Positions 12,401 to 24,400 of a DNA stretch of 64,000 nt are shown piece by piece. A program made the position numbers and the translations under genes. The first letter of the stretch is position 1. Each line of letters starts with the position of its first letter. Below the pieces are notes generated by a model, which had not been told where the DNA came from, did not search any database, and saw only the letters and a program-made list of their open reading frames with translations. This stretch comes from Raillietiella orientalis (Eukaryota), in contig JAYWIR010000031.1 of assembly GCA_036172245.1 (NCBI GenBank), positions 496,001 through 560,000 of the forward strand, given 5' to 3'.

Positions 12401-15400
12401 CTGCACCTTTCGTTTCTCGAGTGTTTTTGTCCTTCTCATCCCTTTTTCGGATTCCGCCTCTTTTGAAAATGCTGCCGCACTGTTGCCCACTCACTCCGAC
12501 TTTTTTTTTTTTTTTTGGCCTTCCGAGCTTCGAGCTGAAGGCGCCTCAAACATGTCGAACGAAATGAGTGAAGCAGATATTTAAGTTTTGGCAGATTGGG
12601 TTCTTTCGACATCCAGCAGGTACAATCCGAAGCACAATTCCGCGTCGGAGTTCAACCATACGCCGTGCTAGTGAAGGAGAGGTGGAGGTCTTCGCAACTT
12701 CTAAAAGACCCGACTGATTATTAGAGTGGTCCACCCGCCACCAATGCCTGAATCACAGCAGCCGCTGCATGCTTGCTCAGAAGCACGCGTCCGGCTGTAT
12801 CCTGTCGTTTCGAAATCGCTAATGCTTGATCGTTCCCGCCAGTCAGAAAGGTCAGATGTGTTCCATTACCTGCTCGGAAGCGTTCGCTTTGTCCTGAGAT
12901 GTGCAACAAAGGATTCTTGCCGGAGGACGCTCCAGCCGCCGGAACAAAGCATCGGGCACAACTCTCTGCTTCGCGTCTGCCGGCCCGCGGTGACTGTGAA
13001 GAATTCAAGATCCACACCGGAGAGGCTTTTGGAAAGAGAGAAAGTCTCGCCGAGCGAATTGGCGGTGCAGGAAGGAGACGGCACTTGGTGATGCAGCGTG
13101 GTTGCCGCCCCAAACAGATGCACCGCTGAAAGGTTCCTTCGTTGGTTCCTGGAAGTCCTTTTTCCGATAATTTGCTAAGAAGGATGGATGCGTTTCTCAC
13201 GTGCAGTAAGCTGCGCTTCCCTTTGCTGCACCAAAGAGGACTCTTTCATCTTCCTCCTCATTGTCTTAGAACGAGGTCCTGGAGCCCAAAGGAGATTACT
13301 CGAGCTGCGGCGTTAATTTTGTTGGCAGCTGAAATCTTTCGCGTTCAAACGGCGAACTTTCCCAGTAGAACTGTCCTGACCTCGAGAAATTATGCGCTTC
13401 TAAGTGATTCTCAGATAGATCCCGCCAGCAAAAGAGCTGCATTAATTGAGTCTTTTTAAAATTGACCCCCACAAAGAACTTCCAATTTTCCCACTAACGT
13501 TCAATTACATCATTCCAAGTGCTTCTTAATATTACACATTAGATTCAGATATTGAGGTAATGTTCTTTTGCTATCATTTCAGAAGGCTTGGTCAGTTACT
13601 CCATCCCGCAGGGCGTGAAAATTTCCAAGGATCTCGACGTTAGTGACAAAACTTACGATGGGCAGATGAAAGGGAATTTCCTTGTTAATGGTTTGGGTCA
13701 GCTCACTGACGGACGAATTGGCCCGGAAGACATTTACACTGATGCTGGTTAGAGAATTTTCAGCCGTCCCTTTCCCCCCCATTATACAGATGATCTAGGC
13801 TATGAGTGGGTAGGCTGGCGTAACGACTCCAAGGTGATCTCGAAACCCGTTGAGATAACTTTCGCTTTCGAGAGCGTCAGGGAGTTCACCTCACTGTCCC
13901 TCCATACGAGTAACATGTTTTCCCACGGAGCGAAGGTGATAAATGGATGTGCTTGTTGGTCCCACGTGTCTCTTAGCTTTTCTCCAAGGTGCAGACTTAC
14001 TTCAGCATCGGAGGTCGCTTCTATGATCGGCATCCGGTCACGGCCATGTACCCTGCGGACGACGCGCTGGAGCATCCTCGATTCCTGGAGGTGAACCTGA
14101 AGAAAAGACTGGCTCGGTTCATCAAGATGCACCTGTACTTCCCCGGAGAACTCTTGCTGATCAGCGAAATCCAATTCGTATCCGGTAATTCGTTTTACTG
14201 CTCGCTCCCCACGCTCCCAAGGCAAAAAGACCCGCGCTCGAATGGCTGGAAGCTTCGTTGGGTGAGTTGGGTGACGTCCGCTCGTGTATTGGGTGAGGTT
14301 GCGATCGCGCTTGCTTGCCTGTCGGGGAGGCGCCATCTTGCCGGCGCGAGCCACACGTACGCCAAGATTTCCGCATCCGATGGATTGCGGGAGCGATGGC
14401 ATATTCTATTCATTACGATAGGAGATGAACAAGTCTGCATCCGGCCGCTTAATTGACTTTCTCCGGCCGCTCCGCGTGCGAGCGTGTGCGAACGCGAGGG
14501 CGGACGGCCGTTCTGCTCAGCACTTCACTGCGTGTATTTGTGGTATGTATTTCGCGTGTGCCTTGTACGTGCGTGTCCCATGTACACATTACGAAGCGGC
14601 GTGCGAAGAAATCTGGCGCTTTCTGCCGTGTACGTGCTAGCTGGCCGAGTGGCTGCTTCTTTTCAGGCATCGTGCAAATGTCTCGAGACTGCATCCCATC
14701 CATTACCGCTGTGGTTGAAAGATTTTTGCACTTTACAGCATCTGCGTTCGGAATGCTTTGAGGATGCAGCCTGCAGCGAGGGTGATTTCCAGAGAATGCC
14801 CCGTCAGGGTTGTGCGCTTTTTTTTTTTTTTTTTTGGCTGCCTCTCATGCTGAGATTTTCGTCGAAGGCAGCACACTGAAATTCCAACCTACTCTAGCCG
14901 CTGCCATTCTTCGTGGTCCATTGTGAGGAAGGACTGCAGGGACGCTAAAGCGAATGTAATCCATGTGTCATATTTAATCATTATTGTGTGATTTATCTTT
15001 TGGGGAAATGGAAGTCCCTTTAAGAGTGGCATGGGCGACACACAGAGTCCAGATGCGCTTGCATTTCGGTCCACATACTCGCATAATCCGTTCTGTTGAG
15101 AATCCGGAGGATGTCCTCATGTAAGGGTGGTCACCTAGCCCGTTGTCCAGAGGAAAGAACCGTTTCTTTTCGCGCCCCTTCGAGGTCGGGTGGAAAAACT
15201 TTGAAAAGCGATTGGCAGAAAAAAGCAAAACGAAACGAAACAGGGAAGCTGCGTTTCCAGGGAACGGGTTCGTTTTGCCCGCAGTTTAAATTTCAGCCAC
15301 TCGGAAGAGTCCGATCAGCTTCCGATAGCCTGACGGCTCAGGCTCTGCTCTTCTCCCGCGTCTTTGAACGCTCGCAAATAAGTGCTCGCGTCTTAGGTCC

Positions 15401-18400
15401 CTCGCCAGTGCCAACATTCGAATTCTTCCGGCTTGCCTTCAGAGGTCATCTACTTACGAACGTGACGTGAACTATGTCGATTCTCGCGCGCATAGGAAGC
15501 AGCGCTTTCCCCCCATCCGAGGATTCCCCCTCGAGGCTGGCGTGGACGGCTGAGATCTCGGTGCGCGTGGGTTCTCGACGGCCGAATCTCGTGTCTCGCA
15601 AACCTTTGACGAACAGATCAAAGATTTAGAGAGCTTTAATCCACAGGATTCCTTGCGGTTGTCTTAGGAAGGAAGACCAAACCTTCATTGTGTTTCTTTG
15701 ATCTTCTTGCGGATGCTGCGTAACTATTTGTGTTTATCTCCGTTCGTGTGTCAGCATCTTTGGAATCTTTATTTAATCGACTCAGTTGACTCGCGGAAGA
15801 GGCTTCGACCGGCGATCAACCAGTGCGATTGTGCGGGCAGAGTTGATCCGCGCAAAGCGATTCGTAAAGAGGAGTGAAGAATTCGGAACGTGCGCGGAAA
15901 CTGTAGCAACGTTTTCAGATGGTCGGAAGACGGCGGTTGTTAGTGCCGAATAAATCAAGTGGACTGTTTTAAGTGGTTTCCGGTTTAAAGTCCATTTCCG
16001 TGGGCGGTTGTGATGGATGAAAGTCAGTCAACCGTGTTGCTGCTGCGAGTGTTGAGATTGCTGGCTGCTGTTTTTTTCATCAGCGTTTTTCAAATTTATA
16101 TCCACCGCTGAGGAGCAGGCTTTCCGGTTTCCATGGCAGCGTCGGAGATGCTCCTGGTTCGCGAGAGCTGTTCAGCTGGCTGAACGGTTTTGTAATTATT
16201 GCCCTTGGGAGAGAAGCTTGCAGCCCATGTAACAGGATTCTTCGTTTGAGCATACAAGAGCTGATATTATATGAGTCAACACTGATCGGCGCAAAGCAAC
16301 ACACCACGTTTTCCCAGTGAGCGCTTTCGAAAATGGGGGAACAATAAATTAACTGCGATTGCGAGAGCATGAAGTCTGCGTTTCACCGCAGCGGGAAAAA
16401 GATGAATACGGGTAATTTCAGTCCTGCGTGAAGAAATAACTCTTGGAACATGCTAACTGATCTTAAAGTACATGAATTTTCTCTGTTTTGTACACGGGAG
16501 AAAACTCTTAATGTGAAGATGAATTGCAGCAGTTTAGATCCGGATATTGAGCGGCATAAGTGCGCTAGGAATAGCTCGGCGGAGCTGCGTGCTAATTCAT
16601 TAAATGTTTTTTCGAGATCGATATCGGTTTCATCCTCTTCCTGTCATCTCTTGGATGCACCGAGTTCTAAAATATTGCGAATGTTTGGAAAACTTTTCCA
16701 GCCCTACGGTTTTTCCTCCGCACTTCTTTTCCTTTCGCAGTCTCCCGGATTTCTCTCCGAATTAATGAAGCTGTTTAAGTTGCGGTGTATTACCGCCTCG
16801 CTCATTTGAAAACCCACTTAAATGGAAACTGCTTCCTTGGAAATTTGGAAAACGGAGGACCCCTTGCAGCGACGCAATGCACGAGCGAGAAAATTGCTAG
16901 GCATCTCTGCATCTCCGATCCCCTGTAAGGAAAGTGTTTCTTTCTCCAGTTTTCCTTTCGCGCGTGCATTCAGGATTCAGCTGGTGTTCTTGAAAAGTGA
17001 TGGCTGGCTGGTCATTGGCGTTGCGCGAGCTCTCTCCCCATGGAAATTCATCACCATGCAAATAGTGCTGATCATCAACAGCTGGTTTACTTCCTTTTTG
17101 CCTTCTTTACTCAATTATTAATCAAAGACGTATCGCCACACGCACACACACACACACACACACATATGTAAGGAAGATCGCAAGTTCTAATTGAAGTCAT
17201 CTTTTCAAGACACTTTCAACTCCTCTTCTACAGTGCGGTCTTCCAGTCGTTCTCCCATAATGAATATAAATAACAGGATTGGTGTTTAAATTCGTCTCAT
17301 TGGTGTGAGTTTAAGCCTAGTGTGACCAGTGTGACTAGTGTTTAGCGATATCTAGCTCAAGGATTGCAGCCAGGTTTCACTTTTCGAAAGCACCGATTCA
17401 GACGGTGATGCGTCAGCTCAGTACGTCACTCGAGGAATTTTTTGCCAGTTCTCACAAGTTGTCTGCATCGCTGAGGATGTGCCGAGGACGCGCAACCCGG
17501 AAAACACGGAAACGGTTCCAAAAAGTTCACTTGCTTTGAGAAAAGCACGCCTTATTCTGGAGAACTTGATACCGCGCTTTTCCTTTGTGCTGCATAGTGC
17601 TAAGGCACTTTGGGCTCCTTTTGGGAAAGTCGCACGTTGCGTAGCTCTTTCCTGATGATGCAGTGCTCCAGGATCCATCTCTTAGCTGAAATTCAGCACT
17701 TCCCCGATGAAATCGGACATTCCTTTATTTCTTACTTCCCGATATAAATGATTCTCTGAGAAGTGTTCAGAGCGCTGTACCATGAGCGCATTGCTTCCCC
17801 GAGAGCCCAGGAGTCCAGCAGGAATTAATGTCCTGGCTCATTTCTCGGTATCTGCCAACTTAAGGAGAAAACCAGGGAAGAAATTAAGCAAGTGGACAAA
17901 TAGCAAAAGAAAGTCAAGGAATTATGGCAAACCATAAGATTGTGTTCTTGCAAAGCTGATTCATATGAGCTCAGTTAGCAAGTAATATCTTGTATTCATC
18001 GCAGATAGTTATGTAAGAAAATGCACGTCCGGGCATTTCCCAAAATATGGTATATGAATTGCGTCTTGTCCAAATTTTGGATGTAATCCGCATACTCCAT
18101 TAAGTGCACGATCAGTTGGTCGGATAAATGAAACGTGGAATTCCCAATATGGCTGTTTCGTGATTATCAGCGTGGTCTCCCTCAGTGTGCGAACGCACTC
18201 ACGTTTGTGTACTGATAATTATACATGAATGTTATACGTACAGATACAAGGATATGTGAACTACATGGCATGCAACGCTTCTCGGCCTTTGGCTCAGGTC
18301 GAAATGACCAAAGTGAAGGTACATATGGCCGCATGTACCTTATCTCTCATGTGCAAATGTTCGCGCCAAACAATATATACATTAGCTCACGTATACATCG

Positions 18401-21400
18401 CAGGGGATGCGTTACGTGTTATATGAACCCTATGAATTGCACGTGAGTAATAGAATAGCGTTCACAAAAGATAGGAAATGTCACTTAAATGCTATGACAG
18501 TGGAATATTTAATATCTTTTATCTATCTTAATCTTTCAATATAACTTTAAAGCAAGAAGAAAAAGAATTAAAAGTGTCGATTTACTAATTAAATTCAAAG
18601 GGAAAAAAAGTTCCGCTCCTATCATTCTCGCCGTTGAAAAACGTAACTTTTCGAGCTGTTTCGTCCACGAGAATTTGAATGTGGCCAAATGCAGGGATGC
18701 ATTCGTGTTGTTTTTGAAAAAAGCCGAATTACCACCGTGTCGGAGAGTTGCAGTTTATCCACGAGCGTTGTACGAGGCTGATTTTCCGCGTTGTACGAGG
18801 ACCGGCGTCGGGATGTTTCCGTCGCGTTCCACTCCTTCTGCTGCTCGTCCTCCCATGTGTTACGAGGCACACTTTCTGCTCGTTTCCCGGTGTCTAGGTG
18901 GTGTCTGCTCGTCTCCACGCGAATCGATGCACGCCGTGTGCAAGGCGATCGTCGTGCATAAAGGGGGAAGTGTGAAGTTTATGTGTTTGGACGAGTTCGG
19001 TCGGAATGAATGTTCTTCCACTTTGCCGTCCTTCGGAATAAACAGGTCGGCAGGGTGCCGTTGTTTGCTTCGGTCCCGTTACTGGCGGTCCACGCGCGGT
19101 GGTCGCCAAGGAGTGTGCGTGAAAGCTTTGTTATTTCCAGTTGTGGCTCACGGAGGCTTTTCCGAGGAGAAGGAACCGCTGCAAATGGCCGGCGTGCACT
19201 TCAGCAGCAACCAGAAGGCTTCGACGAAACCATCCGATGGAGGTAGGGTGGCCGCGCGGGTCGATTTGCCGGGGTCCTTTTTTCAACGGCCATCCGCTTC
19301 AGCCGTGTTCGTCGAAGTCAGCCAGCCGGACTGGGTTTACGTCGTCGCCATCCTTGTCAGCGCCATTCTCGCGTTGGGCGCGGTCATCATTGTCGTTTAC
19401 CTGCTTCCTCGTATGAAAACGGCATCTTGCTTCCGGGAGCAGAAGAACAGCACAGCTTCCCACCACGCGCTGTTGAGAGAGGCCATGAGCGAAAGGAACA
19501 ACTCGTTCGACATAAAGGTAGGTGAAAACGAGTGCACGAATGCTGGGGGGTGGTGTGGGTACGGCGGATGACTTCCAGCGACGACATTTCTTCCAGCTAG
19601 AGAGACTGGTTTTTCACGTAAGGGGTCCACACGCATCCAGGCTGCGCTGTAGATAACCGGAAGCCTGTAATCTGCGTGGTGACATCCACTTTTTCGCTTT
19701 TTCCCTTCTTAAAAAAAAGCACCATGCTCTGGTTCTTGATCCCTCAGGCACTCGAAACAGCATTTTCGGGATTATTTCGTTCCCTAGCCGAGGCGTCTTG
19801 TGTTCACCAGCAACCCAACGACCTTAGAGTAGCTCGTCCTCGCAGAGGTGGGGGTAGAAAGACATTTTCGCTTTAGCCTAAGTGGTCGCCCGACGCCTGA
19901 ATTTCTAGAGGTCACCAGCGGCAGCGTGCCAATTTGTTTTTAAGGACAGAGCTGAGTATCTCCTGGCCATAAAATCTGCATTCCTATCTACAGGATATTT
20001 GGGGTTTGTGAAGCAGGGACGAAAGAATTCGCAATTATGCTAGCAAACCAGGACAATGCTTTACTGCCTTGAGGCACAATATATGGGGAGAGTCTGCCAC
20101 CCACTGGACAATTTACAAAGCCTGCAAAAGCATCGAGAGATCGAGTTCCATCAGCATTGCAAAAAGAAATCTAGCAAGAGACCGAGGAATTATAAACAAA
20201 AGCTCTGGTTCAGATAATCGGGCAAGCGGTTGATGGCCAGTGAAGACCCACAGAGATGAATGGGGTGAAATGCCGAATGTGCAAGAATGAATCTGAATTC
20301 CGGATAGCCGATGAAGATTGGGTTCTCCAGGTCATGCAGATTCGTAGAGTGGATCAGTGTGTCCTTTTCGCTTGAGACGCGAGAGGAATTCCCGCGTGGG
20401 TGCGGGAAGAAAACGGAAGGCTTCCACGCATGTGACGCGTTCACGGAGCAGAAATCGAGTCGGGTCGCGCTCGGCGAGGAAGGAGACCCGCACGCCGGAA
20501 GCGTCGCGATCCAATCCGACTTTTTTTTTTTTCCCCACCACGTGTGAGCGTTCGATCTTAGTCTGGATCTGCTATGTTGGAAATGGGTCATCCGGCTTGC
20601 GATTACAAGATCGGAAACCTGCTTTCGCGTCTTCCCTGAGTGACTTGTCTCCTGCGTCCTCTCCGCTGAGGAGGATTCCAGACCGCAGGGAGACGCACGC
20701 ATTCGAAAAGAATTTCATTTCCATCTTCACTTAAAACAAAAAAAACGCTCGTTTTTTTTTTTTTTTTTTTTTATGACGTGGCTGTTACATCCGAACATCC
20801 TAAAACATAAAGTCTTGAACAGAGAGCAGGAAGAGCGCAACGACCTCCGGAGTCTGGGAGATCAGTAGCTTTCCAGGAAGCATCATCATCATCATCCCCG
20901 TTTATTTCCCTTCTCTCCCCATCCACGCACGGCACTTTAGAATGCTTCTCCCCCTCGAATCGAGGAATGCTTTTTGTTTGGAAACGCGGTCCGTATCTAT
21001 GGCCTCAGACTGGGCTGCTCGCGGCAATTAAGCGAGTGAGGATCGCCTCACCCCTACGTGCTGCGAGAAGGCTTGAGCGTGCTCTTCTGCAAAGTGGTAT
21101 TCGTCCCAAGATTACTCGACCATCATTCAAACAGCGAGGGAAAGCAGCCGAAAGGAACGAACCCGGTGGGGCCCGCAAAGATACAGAGAATCTCCACGTG
21201 ATGAAGTGATCAGCGATGGTGATTTCGAGGATGCATCGGTGGTGATGGCAGTGGTGGTACAGCGAAGTGAACCGCGCGGGGCCGCAGAACTGGCGACTTC
21301 TGCCGCAAGTGCCGCGTTCTTCGGGCGCGGCTCGCTGACGGTGGCGCGCACACGGGCGCACGAATTTGGCTTTCACGAGCGCGGAAACGATTGGAAGCGG

Positions 21401-24400
21401 GCGACCTGGAAGTCCATCGATCTCTGTGATGAATCGAGAGTCGAAAATACCAGCGGAATATGATGAGAGTAAGAGTTACCCCTTTCGTCTATTTTCCCCC
21501 CTCCATCAAAAACACACACACACACACACAAAAAAAAGGCACCTCGGTAAAGATAAACAAGAAGCGTTATGGAAAAATTGTCTCCGTGTGGACAGGAGAT
21601 CATGGCGAGTAGTGCCTGTCTTCTAAGACGGCCTGATCAAAACTGTGGGGGGTGTCCTCGGTGTTTTACAGAGGGCTCGCGGAGTATGTCTTCCGAGGGC
21701 GTGTGGACGGGAGCAAATAGAAAATCATGGGCAGAGGAGTGAGCCCTTGCGGGCTGGCACGAAAACGAGGGGTCTCACCCAAATGGTGGATTTCAGCAAT
21801 CGGGGGTTTCTGGAAACATGTGTTCCAGAAGGAAAACCATGACTCGGCATAGTTCCCATGCACACGCTGGGCAAGTCACATACGAGACCACTTGTTTCTC
21901 ATGGAAGGCGTATCTCTTCCAGTATAGAATCACCAAACGAAGCCGAAAGTTTTGCTGGTAAATTTCGGAAGGTGCATTGCTGCTCGTGGGTGGGAAGGTG
22001 ATCTCGTGATCGCTGATTGAAAATTTTGTGCTTCCTGTTCCAAATTCAGAGGGAGAAGAAAGAAAGAGGGAGAGGAACGTGCATTCTTTGTTGATAAACT
22101 CTTGAATCCAGGAACGTAAAATAGCTGTAATTTTTACCTAACCTTTGAGGATGTTGCTCTGCGTCGAAGGGCGTTTCATCATTGGGGTAGTGTGTGGGAT
22201 CAGACAAGAGTAATGGAAACTGAAGGCACGTTCAGCGTCACGTGACTTCAAGAACCAAAGAAAGCAAACAAGGCTCACTTGAGTCAATAACAATTCGTGA
22301 GTGGAGTGCAACTCTTCAGTGGGGCTCAACTCACACACGTCCGTATTCGGGGACGGAGGGCGTGGCGAGGATGTGGGGATGTATGGGAACGACAAGCATC
22401 CTCGGCGAAAAAGATGCAGATTCAAATTTCCGTGCTTCACTGATCGAGCTTTTCGTCGCTCCCGGTTGCGGAAAGATCTGTTCAGTGGATGACTGCAGCG
22501 GATGTTCCAAGAACAAGAGGAACGTGTGATTTTGACGGCAGCGTCTCTGAACAGAGGCTTTAGCGAGTTAGGGGGGAGAGTTAGGAGTGAAGGGTGCTTT
22601 GTGCAGCTCTTCCTGCGGAGGACTCGTGCACTGCTCGCTGAGGGGACTGTTCACGTGGAAAGTTCGGGAAGGAAAGCTCACCAGAAGCCGAACAGGAATG
22701 CAGCTCTTTGTAACACTCTTCCATCTGAAGTCCGGACGCTTCCCCCCCACCAGACTGTCGGCTCCTTTCCATCCGGGTCATGAAGTGGGTTCGCAGGCTG
22801 CAGGGTTTTCTGACCAGTTCCCGCAGGAGTCTGGAAGGGTGGCTCCGTGAAGACGCGTTGTGAATCAGTGTAGGTCAGCATTAGTAGGGAACTCCGGAAC
22901 ACCCGAAACGTCGTTTTTGGCTTCCTGAAAAATAAAAGGTCCCTACTGTATCTTCTTCAAGATCACATCATGTCCGTCTTTCAGCATCAGGTTCCCATTC
23001 CTTTCAAGGGGCTGTTTCCAGAGAGGAGAAGAGAAAAGGAAGCGAACTGATCTCGAACTTTCCAGAGCATGCAAAATACCAACAGAGAAGATATGTACAG
23101 CCAGATCGCCTTCGAGGAAATGGTCCCCGAGAAGAACGTAATCTACACGGAACCTTTCCAATCCATCGTTAATGGTTTTGGGTACTTTTGCACTGACAAG
23201 AAGCACAGTTCCGTCTCCACGTACGCGGAGCCAGAGGAGGAAGTTCAGAAAGTGGGATCGGAGTATCCCACGCTGCCGTTGGCAACCATCAGCAAGGCGG
23301 ATACATTCCACGTGGATCGCGTGAAGATGATGACGCCGACGTTTCTGTCGCCATCATTCCAGCAAGCCCAGCCATACGCTTCCAGCCTGATCCTCCAGGT
23401 AAGTCCCCCATCGTTCGGAGTAGCGCTTCAACCACTCTTCAAGCCGGACACGTTTCTGCCCAAGAGCAAGAGCTACTCTCCTGTGGTCGCCTCGGGAAGC
23501 GACGCCAAGCGGGAAATCGTGTGGTCCGACCTGCGGGTGGTGGAGAAGTTGGGAGAGGGACAGTTCTCAGAGGTCAGTCTTTTGCCTCTTCTCCGGGGAC
23601 CCACCAGCGTCTTTCTCGGAAGCGTAGGTGTTCTGCTGCCAGTACCTCGATCCTTGCGTGATTCCCAGCTGCACGACTGTGTTGGTGAAGTCTCTGAAGA
23701 CTTCCATGTTTGGAGAAGACAGGTTAGGAAGACCAAGTCGCCTTCCTTCCTCTCTGATGGCGCTTTCCAGGTTCAGCAGGGAGGAGTTCAAGCTGCTCTT
23801 CGACCTCAACGACCCTAGCATACTGCGCGCTCTGGGCGAAGTCAAGGAGAACCCGAGGGCTGTGGTGTTCGAGAGCACACAATATGGATGCCTCAAGCTG
23901 TATCTCCAGCGATGCCACGAAGAGCAGAGTGGCAGCCTGCCTGGCAAAAACCCTCTCAGGTACAAGAATCAGCATCTCGCAAGCACGGCACCGTCGATGT
24001 GCGTCTTTTCCTTCCAGTTACGGATGTCTGATTTTCTTTGCCGCCCAGATCGCTTCCGGCATGAAATACCTGGAAGAGAAAAATTATGTACACGGGAGTC
24101 TGGGATGCAGGTAAGAAGTTGCAAACACTGCTAGAGGATCGGAGGGAGACTGAGGCGGAGACCGATCTCATGAAGCGCACGCTGCAAAGAGCACTTACAC
24201 GCACCGGTTTCCACGGAAATGGGTTCAAACCCACGTCCCGGCAGAAGGGGTCGCCTCGCCGTGGAACCATCGGATCCGTTCTCGTTCCTCCAAGAGTTCG
24301 CGTCTCCGGAGTTGATGGCGGGAGGCGAGCGGTCGATCCTTCCTAGAGACCGCTTCCGGGATCAGCTTCTTCTGCACTTGGCTGGTGCCCAGGCTGCGCG

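Noticed and set aside
22962..22990. Possible micro-exon [10 protein letters not shown] before the juxtamembrane exon
   Set aside because: The donor is weak and its phase does not fit the good acceptor at 23065. The join 19517 to 23066 is already in frame.
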